Assembly (NCBI GenBank): GCA_002269645.1
Contig: NIVC01000773.1
Coordinates: forward strand, 248,001-312,000
Length of the DNA stretch: 64,000 bases
Origin: Macrostomum lignano
Taxonomy: Eukaryota
Direction: 5' to 3'
Shown piece after piece: positions 13,678 to 25,075 of this stretch. Position 1 is the stretch's first letter. Each line of letters begins with the position of its first letter. A program made the translations under genes and the position numbers. Under the pieces are notes generated by a model. That model was not told where the DNA came from and did no database searches. It saw nothing but the letters and a program-made list of their open reading frames with translations.

Positions 13678-14170
13678 TGAGGAGAGAAGAGGACAGGAGA
13701 GGAGAGGAGAGGAGAGGAGAGGAGAGGAGAGGATAGGATAGGAGAGGAGAGGAGAGGAGAGGAGAGGAGAGGAGAGGAGAGGAGAGGAGAGGAGAGGAGA
13801 AGAGAGGAGAGGAGAGGAGAGGAGAGGAGAGGAGAGGAGAGGAGAAGAGAGGAGAGGAGAGGAGAGGAGAGGAGAGGAGAGGAGAGGAGAGGAGAGGAGA
13901 GGATAGGATAGGATAGGAGAGGAGAGGATAGGAGAGGAGAGGAGAGAGGAGAGGAGAGGAGAGGAGAGGAGAGGAGAGAGAGGAGAGGAGAGGAGAGGAG
14001 AGGAGAGGAGAGGATAGGATAGGATAGGAGAGGAGAGGATAGGATAGGAGAGGAGAGGAGAGGAGAGGAGAGGAGAGGAGAGGAAGGAGAGGAGAGGAAG
14101 GAGAGGAGAGGAGAGGCAAGATGAGATGTAAGAGGAGAGGAGAGGAGAAGCGAGGAGAGAGGAGAGAGGA
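13678..14170. repeat. (GAGAG)n pentanucleotide microsatellite
   Basis: Read directly from the sequence, with GATAG variants. Confidence 0.95.
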
Positions 14171-14414
14171 GAAAAGAGCGGATTGTAAACATAAGGAAAC
14201 ACCCTCATACACGAGCTAAAGCCGTTATTTTTCAGTTTTGCAAGCAGAGCTCAGAGATTGGCACAGGTGCGACAGGGAGACACAGAGTGGTCTCAGTGGA
14301 TGCACCGTCAGAGCAGCAGGTTACGCCCTTTGACCCCCGGGCGTCCTCAACTCCCAGTCGCAGTCGATAATTTGAGTCAACTTCAAATTATCCAGATTGG
14401 TCAGAGAAATCGAT

Positions 14415-14449
<35 letters not shown>

Positions 14450-16624
14450 AAGTTTTATGAGTACCTTTTTGAAGAAATTGACAAAGTTGTAAGCAACACG
14501 GGACCGGAGCAAAATTTAGGAGCATTGGCAAATTCTACATTGTGTTAGTGTATTGAATTGAATTTGGGCAAGGTTTCCACGAAACCGTGAGGCATGTGAT
14601 GATGAAATTACACGCTGGAGAGAGATGAAGCTGGGAGGCTGGCAGTATCTGGGCATTTGGGGGGGGGGCGGGCTTGAGCCAAACATCCTGCCCACCCGTT
14701 GCTAAGTGAATTTTCTACACCCGAGCAGGTCATGGCTGAGTCCCCAGGCCCCGACTCCTCGCTGCTGTCAGCATCCCAATTAGATGCCGAAGTTCAAGTG
14801 TTCGAATCGAGGGGGACAAATTCGATTTTTAGAGGCCCGCCTGTCTGCGCCGAGCTGCTGCTCAACTCCCTGGGCAAGGGCGCGATCTCTTAAATTTTAG
14901 CCCTAGCCTTGAGCGCTTGAACTCTCAACTCGAACTAAAGAAGAGGCCCTGAGCAGTTGTTGAGAAGCTTTTGCTAGAGAAATAGTTGCACAATTTCTAT
15001 AGCTGCTGCTGCTAGGAGTACTTTTTGGAGCAATTTAAATCCAATTTAATCTACTCGCGCGTTGAAGCGCGCGACTGAAGAAGCCTCCGCGGATGCATTC
15101 TCTGCTTGCAAAGGTGCTTGCTGTTTTTCTGCTGCGAAGTCAGAGATTAATTATCTGCTTTACGAGCCCTTTGCCTGCCTCTGCCTCAGCTTCTCACTCT
15201 ACCTTTGCCTCTCTCCTTCTACCCCTCTATCTCATACCTCTACCTCTAACTCTCCCTCTATCTCTCTCTCTCCTTCTCCCTCTCCCGCCCCCTCTCCCTC
15301 TCTTTCCCCCCTCTCCTTCTACCTCTCCCTCTACCTCTACCCTTCTCTCTCTCCTCTCTCTCCCCCTCTCCTTCTACCTCTACATCTCTCTCTACCTATA
15401 CCTCTCCCTTTACACTCCCCTCATGTTTCTAGTTCTCTCGCAATCGCTCGTTGTCCTCTTCCCCATTCTGTCTCAATGTCTGCACACTTGCTGGTACTGC
15501 TTAAACACTTAGAATTCGTTCTCAACAACGGCGCTAGCATGTCAAGCCGAGCTATGAGTTATTGCTGCGCTAAGTTTGACAACCCCCCCCCCGTTTTCTA
15601 ATAGCGCGCTAATCCGCAATAAAGTCATTGCAGTTTCCGCCAGACTTTGCTGGCGGCTCTCGTGCTTGTGAAACAATTTATAACCTAGCAGTTTAACATT
15701 CGTGCTACTCTACCCTTCCCTCTCCGCCCTGCAGTTCCCATGCCAGAGCTTTGTTTTAATTGTAGTTACCAGGGCGGGCTTACTCTATTTAACACACTCT
15801 CACACACAGAAGCTGCGCTGCAGCTACAATTTCCTTGCAAAATCCAATTTCGAAACAGTTCGTTTTGTTGAATGAAGTTTTATTTAATTTTCAAGTGGCC
15901 TGGTAGCTAACAGTGTCTTTTGTGGCAGTTTTTTAAAACAATTTGCAACTCGATTATAAACTGCAGATGATGATGTTTATCACCTCACAGATCGGGCCTT
16001 CTTAACTTGGTCACTGAACCGGGTCACAATGACCTCCCAGCCCTACACTTCCCCAGAAAATTTTATTGCTATCAGAGTTGAAATTGCGCAGAGTGGAGGA
16101 TTTCAGATAAACAAAACTTACCGCTTTGAACTGGGACAGGAACTGGCAGATCCCAGGCACGGGCATGTCTCGTGGCGACAGTGTTCCAGCTGTGTTTCCC
16201 AAGTTTCCAGTTGGAGATTTCCAATTTCCGGAGATAAGTAAAGTGTGCGATTCGCGCGGCTATGGGATGCTAATCAAAACTTCGAGGGGAAATGTCGAAA
16301 CTAATTTTTACTCAGCTTGAGCCAGAGGAAGCCGGGCAGTTGCCTCTACAAATACTGGTTGGGGTCTCCGCCCAAGGTGGCCTGACACTGAGACGGCTTT
16401 TGAAGAGATTCTATTGGCTCTCCGTCAGCCAATCAGATGCGCTCTAGGATTTACACTAAAGAATTTAAATTCAGAGACTTATAGAATTTCTGACTGGAGT
16501 TTGAGCTGTGTGAATTGAAGAGGCGTTATACGAAAGTGAATCGTGAGTGAAAGTCATAGTGTGAATATAGGGATGCTTCGTGAATATAGCAGGCACTGTG
16601 TGCACGAAGAGGTGTGGATAAAGT

Positions 16625-17205
16625 CGTGAATGAAGGGATGTGAATAAATTTGTGTGAATAAAGGGGCGTGAATAAATTTTTGTGAATGAGAAAATGTGTA
16701 TAGATTTGTGTGAATGAAGGGATGTGAATAAAGTTGTGTGAATGAATGGGCGTGAATAAAGTTGTGTGAATGAAGGGGCGTGAATAAAGTTGTGTGAATG
16801 AAGAAGTGTGAATAAAGTTGTGTGAATGAAGGGATGTGAATAAATTTGTTTGAACGAAGGGGTGTGAATAAAGTTGTGTGAATGAAGGGATGTGAATAAA
16901 TTTGTGTGAATGAAGGGATGTGAATAAATTTGTGTGAATGAAGGGGTGTGAATAAAGTTGTGTGAATGAAGGGATGTGAATACATTTTGTGTGAATAAAG
17001 GGATATGAATACATTTGTGTGAATGAAGGGGTGTGAATAAAGCTATGTGAATGAAGGGGTGTGAATAAATTTGTGTGAATGAAGGGGCGTGAATAAAGTT
17101 TTGCGAATAAAGGGTGTGATACAGCTGTGTGAATGAAGGGATGTGAATGAAGGGGTGTGATAAAGCTGTGTGAATGAAGGGGGTGATAAAGCTGTGTGAA
17201 TGCGT
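16625..17205. repeat. Degenerate ~28-bp minisatellite (TGTGTGAATGAAGGGATGTGAATAAATT)n
   Basis: Repeated GTGAAT motifs. The H/F/T-rich ORFs here are artefacts. Confidence 0.9.
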
Positions 17206-17658
17206 GAGTACATGAATCACTCAAACGTTGCAAAGTCCTCCGTATCGGCCCCAGTCCCATTGCTACTCCAGAAATTCTTGAATGGCTGCACAAAGCTGCC
17301 CACAGTCGGGCAGAATTTCCCACACAATTTCGATCGCACACTTCATTTCACTATCGGTGATTGTGCAATCCGGCAACTGGGCCCGCTGTAATAAAAATAT
17401 CAGGGCCAAAAATTCCCAGCGAGCCGAAAGTCTGAAAAGGAATTTTGATTTTGGAGATGCTATCAGGTCAGGTTTGACAGAGAAACCTGCGTTGTAAACT
17501 GGAGGATTTTATTTCAGGAATTTTGCTATTTGTTGGGGCAAACAGAATAAAACTGCTGGAATTGTTCAAGAAAATGGAAATGAACTTAGGGCAAAAAAGT
17601 TATGAAATTAATTGCGAAATTCTACTAGCTACGACTAAGACTAACACATTGATAGAAC

Positions 17659-18138
17659 CGCCCGATGAGAATCACCCACTGAGAATCGCCCGATAAGAAT
17701 CGCCCGATGAGAATCGCCCGATGAGAATCGCCCGATGAGAATCGCCCGATGAGAATCGCCCGATGAGAATCGCCCGATGAGAATCGCCCGATGAGAATCG
17801 CCCGATGAGAATCGCCCGATGAGAATCGCCCGATGAGAATCGCCCGATGAGAATCGCCCGATGAGAATCGCCCGATGAGAATCGCCCGATGAGAATCGCC
17901 CGATGAGAATCGCCCGATGAGAATCGCCCGATGAGAATCGCCCGATGAGAATCGCCCGATGAGAATCGCCCGATGAGAATCGCCCGATGAGAATCGCCCG
18001 ATGAGAATCGCCCGATGAGAATCGCCCGATGAGAATCGCCCGATGAGAATCGCCCGATGAGAATCGCCCGATGAGAATTGCCCGATGAGAATCGCCCGAT
18101 GAGAATCACCCGATGAGAATCGCCCGATGAGAATCGCC
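17659..18138. repeat. 14-bp minisatellite (GAGAATCGCCCGAT)n
   Basis: More than 30 near-perfect copies. Confidence 0.95.
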
Positions 18139-18675
18139 GGAACTAGATAACCACAATGAAAAATAAAAGATTTTGTTCATTCCATGAAGAAGCAAATGTA
18201 ACTTTAAATAGGAAATATTCCAATCATACTACTTACTGCCTTAGTACAGTAGACTATATCGAATTCAAAATATCTAAATTCCAGATAGCATTATAGGAAG
18301 TCCAGACCAAATAAGGCAAAGTCAGCTTAAAAGTTCCAGACGAACCAGGCGCTCAGCTCAAGTAAACAAAACCTTTTTAATAGCTTTGGAGCATGTCGAG
18401 AAATCAAGCTTAATGTTCGGCTGTGCCAGAGTTGCACAGTTATTGCAGTCTGTATCTGCAAATATTGTTCTGCCTCACGCCAGCCGAGTCAAGTGAATTC
18501 CGAGTCAAGTACCAGCTCATCAATAAGGCACGAGCGGGGCTGACCAGATTTACCACTTAGCTCCTCTCTGGTTGAAGTTCTGATTCTCGGAATGGGGAAA
18601 ATAATTTCTGCCTTTCTGGGGGAGTCTGCAGACGGCCTGCTCAAATGCTGCTATGCAGTTGCCGCTCACAGCCTT

Positions 18676-18942
18676 CACTGTCACTGTCACTGTCACTATC
18701 ACTGTCACTGTCACTGTCACTGTCACTGTCACTGTCACTGTCACTGTCACTGTCACTGTCACTGTCACTGTCACTGTCACTGTCACTGTCACTGTCACTG
18801 ATACTGTCACTGTCACTATCACTGTCACTGTCACTGTCACTATCACTGTCACTGTCACTGTCACTGTCACTGTCACTGTCACTGTCACTGTCACTGTCAC
18901 TGCCACTGTCACTGTCACTGTCACTGGCACTGTCACTGTCAC
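18676..18942. repeat. (TCACTG)n hexanucleotide microsatellite
   Basis: Read directly from the sequence. Confidence 0.95.
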
Positions 18943-19512
18943 TCCCAGTCCAATCTCCCTGTTCCCATATCTTCTCATTTCGAACATCGGAGCCAGTCAT
19001 TGACTCAAACTCAGCCACTCTCATTGCCATTCATCACAAGCCAACTCAATCTCAACTCCGCCCCGTCTGCTCCTCCGTCATCGAAAACAGAATCCCCCCA
19101 AGAGAAGTCCTCAAACTTAGCCAGCATCACAAGCATCACAGATTTCATATTGCTGTTTCACTTCCGACGGCACTGCAGACCAATTAGCAGACAAAAAGCA
19201 GCAACCTGCCGAACTTCACCTACTAGCCCGCCTACCCAGCTACAAGCTGCTTTGGAATCTTCTGCTTTCAGAAGAAATGAACGACTTTCTAAAGAAAGCC
19301 TGACAGCCTGAAGAAATCTCGCTACCTGTCTTTCAGGCGGTGCGTGGGCCTTCGAAAAAAAACGTTGTCTCTCTCCTTTATTTTCTTTTTTTCCGCCGGG
19401 ATTTCCTGTTGCTTCTTCTGGCTGCCAGAAATATTCAGAAAAATGTCGGCAGACATTTCGAACATTATGATGAAGTTTCTATGAAGTTTCTCGCCTTTTT
19501 GCGGTCTTTGAA

Positions 19513-19903
19513 CATGGATGAATGAATAGAATGGATTGCTATTCTGGCTCTGGCTATTTTCGTTTTTGACTCTTTTGCATCCGGTTCCCCCCCGTGCCTT
19601 TTCATTGGTTGATGATTGCCATAGACAATTTTCGGCCTTCGCCCCTTTCTTTCGATGCACAAGCGCTTTCGCTCGTGTTTTGAAATAAAGGGGGAAGACC
19701 TACAAGCACGATTCGAGAGTCGATTCGTCTACAATAAAATCAGTTCTTTGCGCTTGTGCATCGAAAGAAAGGGGCGAAGGCCGAAAACTGTCCACGGCAA
19801 TCATCAACCAATGAAAAGGCACGGGGGGGAACCGGATGCAAAAGAGTCAAAAACGAAAATAGCCAGAGCCAGAACAGCAATCCATTCTATTCATTCATCC
19901 ATG
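19513..19903. mobile_element. MITE of a P-superfamily DNA transposon
   Basis: ~154-bp TIRs beginning CATGGATGAATGAATAG. 8-bp TSD TCTTTGAA at 19505-19512 and 19904-19911. The TIRs match those of 48447-49511. Confidence 0.9.
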
Positions 19904-20789
19904 TCTTTGAAGCCGATTATTCAAGGTTTTGCATGGCAACAAGCCAGGTTTTGCCATAGACAGTATTCGGGTGTGACTAATCCGGTTTCCAAAAATAGAA
20001 ACTGAGGTTTAAAATAATTTAAAATGTCCCAGTTAATTATTGTGGACTTAAGTGTTGTCCTTATGTTTCTGACATTCCTTTGCATCGGTTGAAAGGTCAA
20101 AAAAAATTGACAACCGTTAAAGAAAGAAGAAATTTTTTGGAACACAGCCGCGATTAGGGACGCTTTCATGGGGTCACTGCTTGATTGGGTGAATTGGGTA
20201 TCTTCCAGACGGTAATTTAAACTGGCATTTGAAGGCTCCGCGGAGCTGAAAAAAATCTGTATGCCAGAAAGTAAAATTGCCATAACTCTCCCCCAATCCC
20301 CCACTCTCCCCCACTCCACTCTCCCCCACTCTCCCCCACTCTCCCCTACTCTTCCCCACTCTCCCCTAGTCTTCCCCACTCTCCCATAACTCTCCCCGAT
20401 TGCCCCATAGTCATGGCATACTCTTTAATCAGGCTCTGCTTCAGCAGAAATAGGAAAGCGCCGAAATGGGATGAAATCCCCGATTCTCTAGAGTGCAGAG
20501 TTCGGGCAGTCAGAGCTGCTTCAATAGCTCCATGTTCAGACTGCAGCTGAGCAGTGCTCATGCCTTCTGCTTTTAAGAATAGCCAATTGATATTTCTTCG
20601 ATTCAATGATTGACAGAGTAAATAAAAATTTGCATTTCATTTCGCCGGCTGGCTGCAAGCAAGACGGAGAGTGTAAGGGTGGTTTTGATTTTTTTTCAAA
20701 TCGTAGCTGATAAGTGAGCTTTCGGGGAGCTCGGTGAGCTCTGCGCCATGTGTTTTGGCTTCGAAAAAAATGCGAAAAAGACACGAAGA

Positions 20790-21213
20790 AGGAGACAGAG
20801 GGTTGAGACAGCTGGAAAAAAAAGATGGGGAGGGTAGGAGATAGAGGCAAGAATAGAAAGAGGAAAAGCAGAGGAGAGGTGTAGAGGGAGAGTGAGAGAG
20901 AGGGAGAGAGGGAGAGAGGACAGAGAAATGGGGAGAGGAGAGGGAGAGTGAGAGAAGGAGAGGGAGAGTGAGAGAAGGGGAGAAGGGGAGAGGGGAGAGG
21001 GGGAGGGAGAGAGAGGAAAGGGAGAGTAAGAGAGAGGGAGAGAGGGGGAGAGGGGGAGGGGGAGAGGGGGAGAGGGGGAGAGGGGGAGAGGGGGAGAGGG
21101 GGAGAGGGGGAGAGGGAGAGAGGGGAGAGGGGGAGAGGGGATAGTGAGAATGAGAGAAGGGGAGAAGGGGAGAGGGGGAGGAGAGAGAGGAAAGGGAGAG
21201 TGGGAGAGAGAGG
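20790..21213. repeat. AG-rich low-complexity tract including (GGGGAGAG)n
   Basis: Read directly from the sequence. A CTCCCCACT repeat also lies at ~20290-20400. Confidence 0.85.
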
Positions 21214-21971
21214 TGCACAATCAGAGCTTAGCGAGGGTAAATATTCTATGCAATTAAAACAAAATCTCAAAACTTATTCTCAATACAAGACAGACTGACG
21301 ACGCAAAATTAAGAAATTTGAGCACTCAATAAGTTCCCAAAAACTCCCAAAAATTCCCAAAAACGCCGGCTGCTCATTGAAATTCTTGCAATGAAGCTTA
21401 GTATGAACTTTCATCTGAGTATGAGGCTCAACCAAAGTCTACGTCCACGCCCAGACATTAATAAATTATATTATTGCTAGTATGCTTTACTAATACAGTC
21501 TGACTGAAAAACAGCCGATGCGGTCTAGCTTGAAAACCTGTAAACTGGCACCCAGACGTTTACAGCTGCTGCAGCAGTTGCTTGACTTCATAGAGAAACG
21601 AAATATAAACATTGCGTGCTCACGGCGCAACAGGTGTTACTCTCTGCTTCCTGCCAGCTCATTTCCGGGAGTTCCTTTCCGAGCGGTGGGGTGATCCTGA
21701 GCAGCAAGCAGTGTTGCTCATGAGGTCAAAACACGGTCAGCTCCTGACCTGGGCTACTCCTGAAATCTTGAAAAATGATTTGGTCTAACTTTTTATCAAT
21801 GAACCGATAGGTCAGAGCTGGGGGTTAGTGTAATAAGTAGACCGAAATTAATAAGCTTTTATGACCTCGGGCAGCGTCTTTTGTTGAAAAGAAAAAAAAC
21901 GGGACAAAAGCTTTATGGCTTCATCATTTATGGAGGTAACGACTGTGCCTGGCTGTGTAAAATGTGTGAGG

Positions 21972-22376
<405 letters not shown>

Positions 22377-22857
22377 GCGTATTATATTTCAAAGTGTCGC
22401 TATCAACTGCTGTTGGTAATTAATCATGCCAGAGGGAGAAGCTGGGAGGGAAGAATGCGCCCAAGGCAGGAGGCTCGGCTGCAGTTACAACGCCCTTACC
22501 ACACCAGCGGTATTCAGCATCTGCCTGTATTTTGTCCTCAGCAAGATGCCCCTGTCAAAAGCATTCTTGAACACTGCAGCACACGGAGACCGTTGAAGCG
22601 GACGTTCTGACTACTAAGGCTTTGTTATCATTGAACGCTTTAAAAGAAGTTTTTTACGGAAGCAGAAATACCTCTCTGCTGCTTTCTGCACTCCATCTGC
22701 TATTCTTTATCATGCATTGCCATGTTTTAAAAGTCCAAACTGGAAGATTATATCTGGTAGGATGTTTGCATGTAAATTTTATACGTGGTCAACGTACTTC
22801 TGTTGTGTAGATACAGATACACTCGGAGAATATGAGGGCCGACTAAATAGAGAGGCT

Positions 22858-23112
22858 TGCAGCCTAGTGGTTGGAGCGTCGGACTCACGACTTGAAGGTC
22901 GGAGGTTCGATACCCGATCCCACTGGAACAACTTGTATCCTAAATGGGTGCCAATATCTGGGGTAATTGAGGGTGTGTGTGGCGATCTCCCAGCCCTTGG
23001 ACTGAACAGCCGTACGCAGCCTTCAGATGCGCCGCGCAATAGCTGCGGCTGAGCTGTCGGTTGCACATCTGCCTATTAGGGCAGGTGTAATCAATTATTA
23101 TTATTATTATTA
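22858..23112 (+). mobile_element. tRNA-derived SINE, copy 2, lacking the CORE-like segment
   Basis: A and B boxes plus the same 3' body and (ATT)n tail as the other copies. About 46 bp of the central domain is absent (GTATCCT joined to AAATGGG). Confidence 0.85.
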
Positions 23113-23145
23113 AGCATAGACAATAAGGGAATACCCAACTAATAG

Positions 23146-23348
23146 TAGGATCTGCTCAAATAAGAGTAGGGTCTACTCAAATAAGAGTAGGGTCTACTCA
23201 AATAAGAGTAGGGTCTACTCAAATAAGAGTAGGATCTACTCAAATAAGAGTAGGGTCTACTCAAATAAGAGTAGGGTCTACTTAAATAAGAGTAGGATCT
23301 ACTCAAACAAAAGTAGAGTCTACTCAAATAAGAGTAGGATCTACTCAA
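23146..23348. repeat. 21-bp minisatellite (CTACTCAAATAAGAGTAGGGT)n
   Basis: About 9.5 copies. Each unit contains a CTACTC/GAGTAG inverted pair. Confidence 0.93.
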
Positions 23349-24529
23349 TGGAGACTATGTTCTACCAGTACGAGCGTACCAATCGATAGCAATACTGTCC
23401 CTAAATCATAGATCAGAATTGGCTAAACCAGATTAAATGATACCTAACAGTAAATAGTAATGCTGCTAATCTATCAATAAAATTTATGCGGATTCATATA
23501 CCGTCAGTTGTATTTCTCTGGTCAGTTTCTATGAAATCCTAGACTGTAGAATGTCGGTCAATTGATGAACTGAAGGAGAAGGAAGCAAGTTTTCCTCGCT
23601 TAACATTCCTTCCCGAAGAAAATGTTTTCGGTGCCATGAATCACGCAGAACTTTCTGGGTACTTTTGCAGCCTAGTTTGCTGCAGAGCTTGTGGTCTGAT
23701 AACATCTGCTTTCAACCATCATGCATTTGGAAAAAGGCATCAAACAAAAAAACTCGTTATGTTTCAATTCAAAGAATCGTGCCCAAATGATCCAGTTATA
23801 ACAGCAAGATATTTATTGAAGCTAATTTTAAATCAAAATATATTTCATTACAGTAAATATGTTTTTTTAGGAAGAAAAAGCAGAGAAAAGGTTGCAGACT
23901 GCATTGACTACAGCGGTGTTACCATGCAGGATTCTTGCAATAGTTTAAACAAATGAAATCGTTTTTCATTAATATTTTCGTCAAGCTAGATAAACAAATA
24001 GAAAACAACACATTCAGAAGAGGTTTTGGCGAGTAACCTTCTATATTCTTGGATCTCTTGTATGATGGGAAACTGACCCTGTTCTGCTTACCTCCTGCTT
24101 AGTTGGGGTTGGAAAACATCGTGTGTTTCAGAACCTCCCGCCTCTCTCTCGGTTCTTTCTGCACTTTCAAAGCTTTCATTATTGGCTCTGCCGTGGCATT
24201 CCGCTGGCTTGTTGTTTTATTGCCAAGAAAATCCGAGCCTGAACTGCGGGTAGCGCACATGCGGGCCACTTAGACTCGCTCAATAGCTTTGCGGCGCTGT
24301 CTCATTGAAAGCTTTCGCAAAAAACTTTTTTCCTCTCCAGCCAGCGCGTGACCGTCAAGTTTTGAGTTGGGGGAGAAATTTGAGACGATTCATCAAGAAA
24401 TTTTCGTCACCGCTGCCATCGTGAAAATTGGGAAATTTGAAGAATTTGCGAATTCATCTGCTCGCGAAAAAAAACTCTTTCACCATATTGTTTAAATAGT
24501 ACAAGTATGAGTCGAACTCAATGCTAAAC

Positions 24530-24980
24530 GCGTAGGGCCTCGTAGGGAGCCCTAGAACTACTTTAAGCTGCGGCCGTAGAGAACCCGAAAATCGAATTGA
24601 CCTTCAAACGAACCCGTAGAGAGCCCGAAAACTTCAAGCTAACATCGTAGAGAGCCCGAAAGCGTTAAAACTACGATAGTACTAGTAGAAAGAAAGCACA
24701 GCACATCAAGCTACGGTCGTAGAGAGCCCAAAAAGTTTCAGCTTTTAAGCTACGAAGAGATTAAAAAGCCTGAAAACTACGAGCTACTGTCGTAGGGAGC
24801 CCCATAAACTCCTAACTACAACCGTAGAGAGCCTGAAGCCTTCAAGATAACATCGTATAGAGCCCAAAAGCATTACAACCACGACAGTGGAGAGAAACCC
24901 CATCAAGCTACAGTAGAGAGGCCAAAAAATTCAGATTTCAAGCTACGCTCGTACAAAGAAATTAAAAAGCCTAAAAACTC
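24530..24980. repeat. Degenerate repeat (CGTAGAGAGCCCGAAA motifs) with a diverged ~190-bp duplication
   Basis: ~24630-24780 resembles ~24840-24980. Confidence 0.7.
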
Positions 24981-25075
24981 CAAGCCTCTGGACGTGCAGT
25001 TGCACACAGTGAGACAGATACATTTCTTCTACACCTGATCCATAGTACATAGCCTAGGCTAATAGCTCGATAACC

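Noticed and set aside
23543-23956. ~135-aa open frame containing CRAC...HHAFGKRH, a matrin-like zinc-finger pattern
   Set aside because: The spacing is shorter than canonical, the sequence is AT-rich, and there are no convincing splice sites or start.
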